A DNA stretch of 64,000 bases from Camelus ferus (lineage: Eukaryota), in contig NC_045696.1 of NCBI RefSeq assembly GCF_009834535.1, positions 118,422,001 to 118,486,000 on the forward strand, read 5' to 3'. The number at the start of each line of letters is the position of its first letter. Position 1 is the stretch's first letter. Of the stretch, positions 1 to 12,141 are shown one piece after another. The position numbers and the translations under genes are program-made. The notes under the pieces were generated by a model. The model worked only from the letters and a program-made list of their open reading frames with translations. It had not been told where the DNA came from and ran no database searches.

Positions 1-70
1 GTACAAACTTTTGTGTGAACATATGTTTTCAGCTCTCTTGCTGTATCTCTAGGGGATGGGATTGCCAAAT
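1..70 (-). mobile_element. Old L1 (L1M) fragment, cut by the window edge
   Basis: ttgtgtgaacatatgttttcagctctcttg...aggggatgggattgc resembles the antisense L1M 3' region. Confidence 0.55.
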
Positions 71-340
71 TAACTGTCATTTTAAACAAACATATATGCT
101 AACTTAGAGGTCATTATGGTCTTTTCATTGTTATTACACAATAATGGGAAAATTGTAAAATATTCTGACAAGGGATGTTGTTAAGAGTGTTTGGTATATT
201 ATTTTCTGTACAACTAATTTCTTTTGTATTGGTATAATTGAATGCATCCTGGTTAGAAACCATGCATTGCTCAGTCACTTCACTCCATCTCTTAGAAAAT
301 GAAATGACTATCTAATGCTTTTTATGCCTTTGCTCTAGGT

Positions 341-673
341 CAGGGCAAACTACTGCCTGCAGGCCAATTTGACCTGCCATCTGTTTTTGTACAGCTTGTG
401 AGTTAAAAATGGCTTTTACATTATTAAATGGTTGGAAAAAATATCAAAAGAGAAATAATGTTTTGTGACATACGAAAATTATCTTGAGTTCAGATTTCCA
501 TGTCCATAAAGAAAGTTTGGTTGGGATGCAGCCACCCCTGTTGGTTTCCTTGCTGCCTGTGGCCGCGCTCATTACACCAGCAGAGCTGCGGAGCTGCAGC
601 TCAGACCGTGTGACCTGGAAAGCCCAAAATATTTCCCATCTGGCTCTTCACAGGGAAAGTTTGTCAACCCCTC
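341..673 (+). mobile_element. MER58B-like non-autonomous hAT-Charlie DNA transposon
   Basis: Ends cagggcaaac... and ...aaagtttgtcaacccct; internal ctgtttttgtacagc, tgtccataaa and aaaatattt match the recalled MER58 consensus; ~330 bp. Confidence 0.85.
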
Positions 674-1389
674 ACTGAGCTGATAAAGTCTTCTTTCAGC
701 AGTACATCAGCATGCTACATTCCTTAAGGGTTATTGGAGGGGAAACTTGCTGTAAGCACGTGTGATGAACTGCTTTACGTTTTGGAACAATAAATCCATG
801 TCCTTGGCAGGTGATGGGATGAAGTCCTAGGCTTATGGGAGCATCACATTTTGAGCAGAGTGCTTGAATACATTTAAATACCGACATCATGATCATTTTA
901 TGCAGTGGCCACTTTGTAGTTTATAACTGATTCACAGTATCTGAGAAACTGAGTAATAAAAATGTGAGGGCCGCCATTTTTCAGGTTCACTTATTCATGT
1001 TGCTGTCACGAAATCAAGTCATGAAAATGGCTTAGACAACACAATGACATTTATTTTACCAGTGTCACATGGATGTGACCTCTGAGAAATCATGTTTATT
1101 TGCATTTACCAGTGCATAATATATTCCTAAAAAACATATTTAATGAATCCCTTTTTTATCCTCCCCTTTTTATTCTGTTTCATGATTCTGTCATCTTTTT
1201 AAAAAGAAGTTCAAGAAATTAATATATCACTCCTTCATTCAGTTCTTCTAATCCCTTGGAAAGTTCAGGTCTATTCCTACGTGTGCTGCCTAGTTCAGCA
1301 ACATACTTTTTGTGATAAGACTTTCTCGGTGAAGGAAGCAGTGCATGCATTTATGTAATGGTGTGACATCATTACCCGGCTGCCGTCCT

Positions 1390-1441
1390 CCAGCAGTTTG
1401 TGGCCTGGCACTGATCTGTGGAACGCACTTTGAGAACCACT
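1390..1441. mobile_element. Terminal fragment of a hAT-Charlie type element
   Basis: ggaacgcactttgagaaccact resembles the Charlie/MER5-group terminus. Confidence 0.4.
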
Positions 1442-2569
1442 AATAAGAGTCCCATTTTATTGGTTATCTCATTTGATCGTATTTGTTAAATGCAAATAGC
1501 ATTCTTTATGATAAGAAATCCTGAAGATAAGGAAGTATTTTACATTAACTCTATCTTTACTCTTTTTTGATTTTACTTTTAGATAGGCTAAGCTATTTAT
1601 TAGCATTGTAGTTCTCATGAACATTACTTTCAAGTTTTTAAAATTGAAGATATTTTATTACAAGTGTTCTGAGGGGTAATCTTTTCTAACTACAATTGGT
1701 ATATGACTGTAGTTCTTAGACTACACATGAATCTCTGTTAAGTATTTGAAGAATGGGCTACAGATGCTATTGATTTAATGACAACTCATTCTATTCCAAC
1801 TAGAAATCAGTAGTATGATTTCATTAAGATAAACATTTTTAACAGATTAATTTAGGATCAGTTCTCTCCAAAGCCAGCAGTTAGACTTTCAGGAGCATGT
1901 TTATTGAAGGCCCTTAGAAGAGGGCTACATACAGTGTTCTGTCTTCCATGTGGTTGTTAGAAACCCTGTCTGAGCTCATGCTTCTACCATACACTGCATG
2001 ATATTCAGCCCACAGGTTTCTGCAGTAAAGAGATTTACCTCTCTCCTGTCTATACAAATTAACGAAAATTAATTGAGCCATAAAAATTAACGTGGTCGTA
2101 TGTCCTTCAGACCTAAATACACTGGGGCAGACACTGTGGAGAGTCCTAAGGACTGTGTTTCTTTTTAAGACTTGAAATGATCCTGAAAAGACAGCTTCCG
2201 GGAAACTTCCACGAACTCCTTCCAGGAAATTTTCCCTGATACACATGCCCCTCCCTCCCCTCTCCTGCACTTTCTACCGACCTGATTAGTCACAGCTCTG
2301 ATACAGAATTCTGAGGGTTTCCTCAGTGTAGTTTTCCCTCCGGACGACGAGGGCAAGAGCTTTTACCTTCCTTATCTTCGTGCCTCTGAATCTGGTTCAG
2401 TAACGGAGGGATGACACTCCCTTTAGAGATCGCACAGTTTAGGAGGCAGAGAATTGGGTGAGCTTGCCATGGCAGAGGAGGGAGAAGACGATAATGAACC
2501 AGGACCTGGCACTTGAGCCGAATCTTTAAATGCATCTGGGGCTTCTGGGTGGAAACACCAGGGAGGGGG

Positions 2570-3420
2570 CTATTTCAGGTCGAAGGTGGCATCCCAGGAC
2601 CTCTAGAAGCACAGTGAGAATAGAGGCCGTCCAGGTAATGGAAAACCTTGTAGACCTGGTCAAAGAATTTAGATTGATTGTTCTGTTTTCTCCAGAGTAA
2701 AAATAGCGAGGAGCTGTTAGGAATGTTTAAGGAGGGCTATCTGGCCTAATCTAACATCTGCTTTAGGTGGAGCACCAGAATTTTGGAAGATGGATATAAA
2801 AACAGACTAAATCAGGGGCAGCAAGACCAGGAGGAAAGGAAAGATTAGGGCCCCGAGTCAGGTTGTCACAGTAGAAGAGACGCACGGGAGTCCCCTGAGT
2901 GGTTCTAAGGAGCTAAAATTGGCAGATTAGGTGTTCTCGTTGGGGGATGGGTTGAGGTAGGCTTGGGGAGGATGAACGTGCCTTTGAGCAGGAGGTGATG
3001 ACTCGGCTGTGGGCCTGCTGCATTAGAGACCCCTTGGGAATCTGGGATTCTTTGCCAGCATTGGAGTGTGTGGGAGGCACTCTCGAGTTCTAGGTCTTGA
3101 GTACAAATGAGGAAGTCTTTGGAAAAGGGGTTTCAGTTGAAGCCCTGTGTGTGGCTGAGCTCACTCAGGGAATTGCGTGTAAGTAGAGAATAAAACTAAG
3201 ACCAGGGCTGTAGGAGAAAGCAGCATTCGTGAAACAGAGACAAGAACCTGAATGAGAGAGGTAGACTGACGATGAGTGGTAGGCAGAGAGTCACAAGAGA
3301 GATGCTGTGAATCCCAGTATTGGAAAGAGGTGGAAGTGGAGGACCGGACATCGGAAGAAAGGTCAGATGTAGTGTGTTAGGTAAACCCTCAGACTTGAGG
3401 GGGCAGTTGAAGTTTACATG
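2570..3420 (-). mobile_element. Degenerate L2 LINE
   Basis: Purine-rich stretch with antisense-L2-like blocks (gtagacctggtcaaagaatttagatt, gcaagaccaggagg, tttcagttgaagcc). Boundaries approximate. Confidence 0.55.
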
Positions 3421-4094
3421 AAGACATGGCAAGGAGTGACAGATCTGTCTTTCTTAATCGAGGGCATGGGATGGCAGGAAGGGATGCTGAAGTTGGCCCA
3501 CAGAGATTTTTTTTTTTTTAAGTCAGCTGTATTTGTGGTCTGGAGAATTTTAAAATATTTATACCCAGCTATTTAAATTGATCAAAAGACAGAGAACATC
3601 TTCTCTTCTAGTACTAGTTTACTTTACTTCCTGGCATTTTTTTTTTTTTTATAGTTTTTGAGACCTCAAAGGAAAACCGTTTTCAGTCACTTTTTTTCAT
3701 GTGGACGCTTTATGCCACAAGAAGTAAGTTTTCCTCCCGGTGTTCCGTTTCGGTACTGGGGCTGCTGATTAGACACGCTGGCCGTGGACAGGTAGACTGG
3801 TGGCCACCACTGCTTCTAGCCAGAATCATCTGGTAAGAGTTCGTGTCCCCAGAGAAACTGCTCAAGGGAACACAAGGAGAAAATATTTTAGAATATTTCC
3901 TGGCCTTTACGAGCGCAGTCATCTGTACAACGATTAGCATAGAATTCCACATTTTAAGCATTTGTCATGAGATAATTAAAGAAGATGTTGGCTCCTATTT
4001 AAACTCCTATTGATAAATACATTCAAGAATGATGTCCATATATTTGTTAATTTCACTGTTCAAATAATCCATGTTCCATTTTTCCTGTTTCTAG

Positions 4095-4267
4095 GGGAAG
4101 GAGACCCTGATGACGCCTATCCCCTTTGCTCGACCACAGGATTTGGGGCCAACAATTGCTATTGTTACTAAAGTCAACCAGATCCAGGATCATCTATTGA
4201 AGAAGCACGATATTGAGCTTTACATGCACCTGAACAGACTAGAGATTGCACCACAGATATATGGCTT
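4095..4267 (+). CDS. TBC1D5: Internal coding exon of TBC1 domain family member 5 (173 nt, starts phase 0, ends phase 2)
   Basis: Acceptor tttttcctgtttctag ends at 4094 and donor gtaagt starts at 4268. Translation GKETLMTPIPFARPQDLGPTIAIVTKVNQIQDHLLKKHDIELYMHLNRLEIAPQIYG+tt is stop-free and recognised as TBC1D5 TBC-domain sequence. It joins the next exon in frame (tt+a = Leu). Confidence 0.97.
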
Positions 4268-4449
4268 GTAAGTATTCGTTTAAATCTCAGCATCACCTAA
4301 TTGTGGTTTCTGGTGGCTTCTGTGTGTTTCAGATTCATAGACACGAGAGTCAGAGCTGTTCCAGCTCCATTTCATGCCATGGCTCCTTTGTGTTTCGTGT
4401 GCCAGACTGTGCTCATGGCTTTCGTATATGGTGTTTCCTCCAGTCCCCC

Positions 4450-4556
4450 CCACCAGCCCCGTTAACTGGGCATCACTCCCTGGTTATGGAGGAGGAAACT
4501 AAGGCTTACACTGAGCTTACACGTATTGAACTGTGAAGTCATAGTTCACATCCAGG
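4450..4556 (-). mobile_element. MIR SINE fragment
   Basis: ttatggaggaggaaactaaggct matches the antisense MIR core (acagatgaggaaactgaggct). Confidence 0.6.
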
Positions 4557-4721
4557 CAGGCTGGGCTCTATAATCTGCAGAGCCCAGTGCAAAATAAACG
4601 CGAATGGCCCCTTTAAAAAATAAGTCAGTGGGAATTTCGAGATGGCAACAGCCAGGCATTAAACTGAGCATTCTGAGAAGGGCAGGGTCACACAGATTGT
4701 ACACACACGAAGCTAGCCCCG
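4557..4721 (-). mobile_element. MER45A-like hAT-Tip100 DNA transposon
   Basis: taatctgcagagcccagtgcaaaat...gaatttcgagatggcaacagc...gcattaaac...gaagctagccccg matches the reverse complement of the recalled MER45A consensus. Confidence 0.75.
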
Positions 4722-5415
4722 AACCCCAGCATTCCTGCAGATAGTCGTGTTCTTTCCATTTATAGTGTGGTTATCTGGTCTACCCTCAGAAGTGCATTTC
4801 TAAAAGTAAGATAAATGTCCCTCACAATGAAAATATAATATATTAACCTTCTTCAGCCAGGTGACTTCTGTAACATGCTATATAGCAGAAGAATGTGGAG
4901 CTAGTCACCTTTGGAGGAGGGGAGGGTGTGCACACGCATTCAGTGACTTGCAACGTGAGGCAATTTAGAAAGATAACAACTTTAATAAATGTGCATAGTT
5001 ATGTAGGGGCACAGACAATAAAAGGTCCTTTAAATCAAAACAGTGCGACATTTGTATCTAGTGCCGGGCAGTCCTTGGTAGATACTTCCTGCAAATCCCA
5101 TCTCTCAATAAGGAAAGTTGAGAAGATATTCCTGAGATCTATACAGTAGATTCTCATTAAATAAATATGAACTCAGTATTTGAATTAGGGAGACTCTGAA
5201 GTCAGAGGATTAGAACCAGAGCGGAGGCTGTTTATTTAGCCCAAAGAAAAGCAGGTCCATGAGTGTTTTCTTTATGTTTTCACGTTACACCGTGTATGAC
5301 TAATCATAACTCAGCCGTTCTCCTCTGGAAGTCCTGGGCTGTGGTTGACGACGTCTGCCCTCCTGTTTTAACGGTGCTTGTTTCCATCTCTGTGACTTAA
5401 GCTTGATTCCGTGGT

Positions 5416-5485
5416 TGAGAGCAGCTCCGTCACTCCCAGTGGACGTGAGTGCACGTGCGCATCATGGGTACGGGGCAGCGCCATC
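5416..5485 (+). repeat. 70-bp dispersed direct repeat, copy A
   Basis: Ungapped 56/70 match to 6477-6546, aligned by hand. Confidence 0.92.
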
Positions 5486-6329
5486 GGGAACTGATGAATT
5501 GACATCATGCTTCTAAGTCCAGCTGATTTGTGTGTGATTATAGAATAAAAAAAAAAATCTAAAATACCAGTGACAAGGTCAGGAGGCTAATTCTTAATTC
5601 CTTTCTACTGTGCACTCGAAGACTTGGTTTAGTCAAATACAAAAACCTATTTTATATCCTCAAAAATTGTTGTCTAGTCTAGAAGTTGGTCTTAAATATT
5701 GGGGAAAGAGGCTCCTGGTGGATACACTCAGCACTTGTGTGAAACGCTTGTTGCTTGCTGGCTCTCTGACCCAGCTGCTGCTCTCCGTGGCAGTGGAGGG
5801 GCGTGGACTTGGCACAGCGATTTATGAGCTTTGTGTTCTAGTTCCTTCTCAGACGTAGTTCCCAAGTGCTCTCTCTTCACCACACCGATCCCTCGAGCTT
5901 CCGTGACATCCATCCAGCACCTTCCCAGTAAAATCCCATGATCCATGACCTAACTCCTCTTCCTCTTTTCAACTTTAGTTTTCAGCAGGACTAACAAAAT
6001 CAAGGCTTGCAGTAACCATAGCCAGCTCAGTTATCCCTTTATTTTTGCATGGAATTTTATCTTCGTTATGTAAATATATATATTTTTTAAACTTTGAAGA
6101 AATCACTCTTTCTCTTAATTGGTCGGTACTACATTTCACAGTAGCAATGATTTTACTGACTCATCTCACTGATCAGACTTGATTTTATTGTTCATGTTTG
6201 TGAGGCAGTGTGGTTGAATTTCCCTGTTTTGATGCTACCCAAAGCTGTACTACCATCGATGTATTTCCTATTGATGACTGTTAGACTCATATTACTCTCT
6301 GGCCCCAAAGAGTCTTATGTAAAACAGCC

Positions 6330-6600
6330 GTTAGAAGCACAGGCTTTGAAATGAAACAGACCTGTTTAACTACTTTGAGCCTTGGTTTCTTCATCTGTGA
6401 AATGGAGATTGAACATAATGGTACCTACTTCAGAGGGTGCCTATGAGAATTAGATCATAATATACAAAACTCATAGTGAGAGCAGCTCCATCATTCCCAG
6501 TGGATGTGAGCACGTGTGCGGATCACAGGCGCGGGGCAGCACCGTCAATATTTAGTGAACATTCAGTATATGGTTAGTGCTGCTTTTGGTATCATTATTT
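6330..6600 (+). mobile_element. MIR SINE interrupted by a 70-bp non-MIR segment
   Basis: ttagaagcacaggctttgaa...gagccttggtttcttcatctgtgaaatggagat...gtacctacttcagaggg is MIR core; a MIR-like tail resumes at ~6548 (tagtgaacattcagtatatggttag). Confidence 0.8.
6477..6546 (+). repeat. 70-bp dispersed direct repeat, copy B (inside MIR)
   Basis: Ungapped 56/70 match to 5416-5485. Confidence 0.92.
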
Positions 6601-8826
6601 GTCATTATCATTACTTAGGATATCATAGCTTTGGGAACATGATGTACCATGCGATTCATGATCTCCGCCAGCTCTGACTGTGGCTTTCTGTGTTTTCTTC
6701 ACTAAAGGAAACAGCTTCTATTTAAGTGGGAACATAGCTCTCCTTTAGACCAAGGCTGCTAAAGAGATAGTATCGAAGTTGAGAGTAAACTTTTAGAAAC
6801 AGATCATAGCATTTTGGCACAATAATTTTATGTCCTTGAATCTCATAAATACTACAGGTCTTTATCTCATGGAAGTGAATTGAATTTGTTCACTTTGTTT
6901 TGTTTTGTTTTATATCGCACAAGTTAACATTGATCTAAGTAATTGCTGGTACTGCTGTCTATTCCTGTTGGAAGAAAGTTGTTTACATGGTAGAGAAAGT
7001 GTTAGCAAAATGAAATCATACCCCACGTTGAGTCCAGGCATCTAATTTTAGTCAGTCTTTAGCAGTTGCATGATACATTCAAGTTTGTTTAAATCTGCTT
7101 TCTGATATGGTTGTGATCATCTTTAACAAAAAGAGTTTATAATTACTCCATTTTGAAAAGTAGTTTTTCTTCTGTTTTTTGTTAGGGAATATATGTGGAA
7201 GTGTCCTGACGTGGCTGATGCAGCACATGTGAAGGCATTTGTTGCATTTTGCTAATAAATTTATTTAACAAAATTAGAAGTCATTCCAAATTAGCTTATC
7301 TTAATTTTAAATAAATTGATGATAGTTATCTTGCAATATGGGAGTAAGACCCCTTGAAATCTTGAATGTTATGTAATAACTTGCTTATTAATGCTATATT
7401 TAAGTGCATTTTCCCCTGGATAATTGTGGCTGTTTTTTTCTGTTAGGAAATGTTAAGTCAACTTACTATTTTAAAGGTTAAACAAAGTTAATTTGCAATT
7501 AAATATTTAATACTTTCTAGGTGATATTATAAAATAGTATTTCCTAAAAGTAATTTACAGTTTCTCATTAACTTTATGAAAAATTACTCCTATTGCACTT
7601 AGAATGAAATTTCTCTTACTTTAATTCAGATAATTGACATCTTGAGTTGTGTTTTGTTTGCCAATTATTGATGAGTGTTCGGCTTTTAAAAAATTAAGTT
7701 CTGTAGGGACCTATCCATGAGTGCTGACTGATTTCCAAAGTAAAACATTCACTGCGTCATTGCCAACTTTACAAGGTAATTTCTAAGAGTTTTGGGGTTT
7801 GGTTTTTTTTTTTTTGTATCTTCATTTTTAATATGAGAATAAAAATGTCCTGTGATTTCATCACTTAGGAGTTAATATTACTAAAATATTAGTGTTACAA
7901 TTCCATCCATGAGTACATACTTGTTTTGAGTTCATAAGACCCTTAATCATAATAGATTCAAATATAAAGATTCAATACTATTTTCTTAATATTTAATACT
8001 ATCAGTATGGTTTCATAAACAGACCAAAAATTGAAGTTTAAAGCTTAACAATTTTTGCTAGGCCAGAGTAACTGTGTTTTATTATCACTCTTAAATATAT
8101 TGAATCTGTATATTTTCGACTACATTTTATCCTTTGATATAAATAGAATACATAATAAGCATCTGTAGGATATGCAATTAACGTCACTTTTGAGGAAAGG
8201 CCCTCATAACACACTTGGGCTTTGGCATTCTTAAATTATGAGCTCTTTACAGCACTCGTGGGATAAATTCCATATCTCCCAAAAGTTTATTAGACATCTT
8301 CCATTTCCCTTATTTCCTATTTTCTGGATTAGCAGTTGTTTTGCTGTGGTGGTTTCTAGTAATTTAATTGAGGAGGTTCTTGGTTATTGATAAACAGTCT
8401 TCTAAGCTGTGGTACAGTTTCAGAATATTTTATCACAGCATATTTGTTCTAACACATATCACAGTGAGATTATGTATGACAACCAAGTTTTTTAAAGTTA
8501 CATTTGAAGTATAAACATATGGTAAAAAATATAACTCTGTCATCAAAGTCAGTGTAATTACCCATCTTAAAAATGCTTTCTCTCAACAGTTTGGGAAATA
8601 GCTTCCTATTCTAAACACAATTAATGGAAATATTCTTGTCTTTTCAATGAGCCTTATATATTAAATGTAAAATACAGACTGAGGGATAAGAAGATGAAGA
8701 TTCAATGATACTTTGTTGTCACGCATCCCCTCAAAATTACTCATTTTGAAAAAGTTGGGTTTTCCCTTCTATATGAAGAATTATGATAAAGAATTATGAG
8801 GAAGAGTAATAAATTATTTGAAATAA

Positions 8827-9030
8827 TGATTAATACTTGTTAATATCTGTTGTGCCCTGTGGGCTAGTCATGGCACTAAAGGCTCCACGTCGATTATCTT
8901 ACTTACCCTCACGGCACGCCGGGCCAGCCACTGTTGTCATCTCTGCTCTGTAGATGAGGGACTCAGGTCTTATAAAGGCTTACTGAGGTGGACTAGTGAC
9001 CACGAAGCTGAGCCAGGTTTTGAACTCTTG
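8827..9030 (-). mobile_element. MIR SINE
   Basis: ctctgtagatgagggactcagg and gagccaggttttgaactc match antisense MIR. Confidence 0.7.
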
Positions 9031-9919
9031 AGCGTCCATTTGCAATCCGATATGACCAGGGCCACGGGTGTGGTAGGAAACTGAGATACCCAGAGGTACC
9101 ATGCATCAGACTGGACCACGAGCCAGTGCAGGGTGACCAGGTAAGCAGCAAAGCCCAGACAGGTGCACGGCTGGGAGTCAGAGGAGTCTTGTTAGTAGTG
9201 ATCAGAAACCAGCGTGGTAAGGAGGCAATGGAGATTGGAGGGCCCGAGAGCCATGGTTGTGCCAAGAACCAGGACGAAGAGGTCTCAGGGTCTTCCGCAC
9301 AGAGGGAGTGGGCAGCAGAGATACAGCCAGAATAATACGCCATCTTCTGTGGCGTAGTTCTTCTTGTCCAAGTCCAATATTGGCCTTATTTGGGTCAGAC
9401 AGAAAAATAAAGAGGCAGGGGAGTGGGCTCCTTGGTAGCAGGCCATAGGGCTTTGTTACTGGCCCTGCACAAAATCCCAACATCTCAGGGTCTTTTAGAT
9501 GGCAGCTAATCATGAAGTCCTTCAATCTCATTTGTATTAATATTGTATTAAATAACTGAGTATCTCAGCTTGACCAGTCCCTTGTTGGGGAGTTTGATGC
9601 CTTCACAGACAGCTTATATCCTGGCAGACTTCACTCACCTCAGTATAACATAATAAATATTAATTCCTAATAAATGTTAGGCACTTGTTCACAGGGAGCT
9701 CACATTACATAGAAAAAAAATAACTGAGACTTGAAATATTTAGATTAAATTGTGGCTTTAATATTTATTACGTTTTGCATTACAGTTACATCTAGGTAGT
9801 CAGGATAGGTGTTAGAATGGTTAGTTTGGTGTGATACATATATAAACAACATTATTTTGCTATAATGTAATAATTAGAATCATGCAGAACATGCTGGGGG
9901 AGCACGAAAGTGGACACTT

Positions 9920-10550
9920 CATCAGCATTGCATTTGGCTACAAGTAACAGAAACTCGGCTAGGACTGGCCCGAGTAAATGGCCACTTGGGTTTTTGTCTG
10001 TTGTTATTTTTCCTAAGAAGTAACAAGTCTAGAGGTAGACAGCTGCTGTCAGCTGTTCAGTGGCTCTGATGGCCACTTGGGTTTTTGTCTGTTGTTATTT
10101 TTCCTAAGAAGTAACAAGTCTAGAGGTAGACAGCTGCTGTCAGCTGTTCAGTGGCTCTGCAGTATTGAGACCTGCAGGTTCCCTTGGTCTTGCTTCATGA
10201 TTGTGGCTAAGTGGTCTCAAGATGATGTTCCAGCTGGACATCAGTTATTCAGTAGTTCAGTAGATAATGGTTCAGAGCTGCATATTTGTGCAAGAGGCTG
10301 GTGCCAACCTTATTCGGCCTCTTTGATTAAGCAAAGTAGAGGCGTTTTCCTAGTAATCGCCGCTAGCAGATGTAGGCGTAAGTGTCGTTCGTAGAATTGG
10401 GGTAATGGCCAACCCTAACACAAGAAACGATAGGAAAGCAGGGAGTGGGATTTATGGTTACCTCAGACCAAAAGTCCTCTATCCCCTGGAGCTGGGCACA
10501 GCGTGAGGAAAGGTATGCCTGTCTGAATGTCATCATGGATACAGGAAACA
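9920..10550 (-). mobile_element. MLT1-type MaLR LTR (degenerate)
   Basis: gcatttggctacaagtaacagaaac and aacaagtctagaggtagacag are typical of MLT1 LTR ends. Right boundary uncertain. Confidence 0.6.
9978..10159 (+). repeat. Perfect tandem duplication, 2 x 91 bp
   Basis: 9978-10068 and 10069-10159 are identical (atggccacttggg...cagtggctctg). Confidence 0.97.
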
Positions 10551-10569
10551 CGCGTCAGTTCATTAAAAC

Positions 10570-11430
10570 TAGAGTAGATTTTGTGTGAGAAGGAAGGAGG
10601 AAAATGAGGCAATGCCAGGACAGGGGAACTCATATGTCATGCTAAGAACAGTCTAGATCTGTGCTGCCCAATAGGTGGCTATAAATTTTAAATTAATTAA
10701 AATTAAATAAAATTTAAAATTTAGTTTCTCAGCCACACTATTCCTATTTCATGTGCCTAATGCCAGCCACATGTGACTAAGTGGCTAGTCAGCTGGGCAG
10801 TATAGATAAAGAACAGTCCAATCATTGTAGAAAGTTCGCCTGGACAGCACTGGTCTAGATCTTTATTCCAGGATGAGGGAGAGAAGGTGGCACTGAAACA
10901 TAATGCTTTCATAATCATATTTTTAGTTTAGAAGGATTGCCCTGGTTACACAGCTGTAAAGAAACTGAAGGGGGTAGTAAGCCAGGGGAACAGTGATTAG
11001 CAACAAAAGTAGTAACGTCTGTGTTCTAGAAGAGAGGGTACGGTGGCCTGAAACAAAATAAAAGCAGTAAAGATAGCGGTAAGTGGAAATAATTGGAAAA
11101 TACCAAGTTGCTAGAATTGTCAGGATTTGTAATGAATTGAATATGGGAGTGAGGAAGAGGGAAGAAGCAAAGATAATTTGGACAGCACAGTCAGTGATGG
11201 TGAAAATGACAGAGATAATGAATAATAGAGAAAAAATGTCAAAGGAAAGAGGAATTCACTTATGGATGTGTTGAGTTTGGTGTTCCTTTGGGACCATGGA
11301 TATTCAGTAGACAGTTGTATTATGTGATTCTAGAGCTTTGGAGAGAGATTTGAACATACTGGTTTGGAAGCCCAGATGCTGTATGATGCCAATTGAAGTT
11401 GGTAATAAAGTGACACAGGAAGAGGCACAG
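10570..11430 (-). mobile_element. Degenerate L2 LINE, interrupted by MER3
   Basis: ttagaaggattgccctgg, caggatttgtaatgaattgaatatgggagtgagg and ggatgtgttgagtttgg are antisense-L2-like blocks. Confidence 0.7.
10659..10852 (+). mobile_element. MER3-like hAT-Charlie element with intact 8-bp target-site duplication
   Basis: Termini ctgtgctgccca / tggacagcactg; GTCTAGAT at both 10651-10658 and 10853-10860; internal aaattaattaaaattaaataaaattt and agccacatgtgact. Confidence 0.9.
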
Positions 11431-11749
11431 AGATCAAGTCCTAAACAACGTGTGTACCTGACTTTCAAGAATGTAAAACAGTGAGCATTTTGGCATAATG
11501 GACATTTAAACTAAATCACTGTGGTTTATGTGTTTGAGAGAAGCAGGACTGAAAACATGGATGTGAGTTGGGAGAGCTTTGCAGTCATCTGGAGGAGACA
11601 GCGGCAGTGGAGGACAGGCCGCTTGAAGAAATACTTTGCTCACAGAATCTGTGATTTGATAATAACCCAAAATGATAATGCTTACTTGGGAGAGCTGGGG
11701 ACACTGGATTGGAGCCACTGCAGTTTCATAACATGCAGCACACTACCCT

Positions 11750-12140
11750 GCTGAACCATCCTTTTATGTGTGTTCTCAAACAGTCTGCCCAATCTGCGTG
11801 CTACTAAACCTGACCATCTCAGCTTCTTCCTTCCTGGCCACCAGCCTGAACCTCCCTTGCTTCCTGTGCTCTGGTTGATGCCTCTGTTCACTCTGTCTCT
11901 AATACTCTGGAGTTAACTCTTTCCCTCTTTGTGACCAAGAGCTGTTAGGTATTATATCCCCAATGTTTTTAACCTCTTCCTCTTTGCTGTTTCTTCTTTA
12001 AGAAAAAAATAAAACACAACAAAAGCATTCCTCTGAGCCTCCCCCTTCCAGCATCCCTACTTGTCTCCTCTTTTCTTCCAAACCTCCAGAAATAGGTCTT
12101 CTCCAATTTCCACTTCCCACTGATTCACTGTCACTGTGGA
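11750..12140 (+). mobile_element. Probable degenerate L2 fragment
   Basis: Pyrimidine-rich with L2-like blocks (ttctccaatttccacttcccactgattcact). Confidence 0.4.
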
Positions 12141-12141
12141 A

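Noticed and set aside
1..4094. A further upstream TBC1D5 coding exon
   Set aside because: I found no splice-flanked segment translating to TBC1D5-like sequence. The preceding exons presumably lie before the window.
7510..7526. Other AG|GT juxtapositions (tttctag|gtgata here; ctgcag|gttctg near 17788; cccag|gtaagc near 54493; accag|gtaagc near 9140)
   Set aside because: Each has either a weak donor half or a poor or AG-interrupted pyrimidine tract; several are expected by chance in 56 kb.
9978..10159. CRISPR-like or other repeat-spacer array
   Set aside because: Only two adjacent identical units with no spacers, in a mammalian intron.
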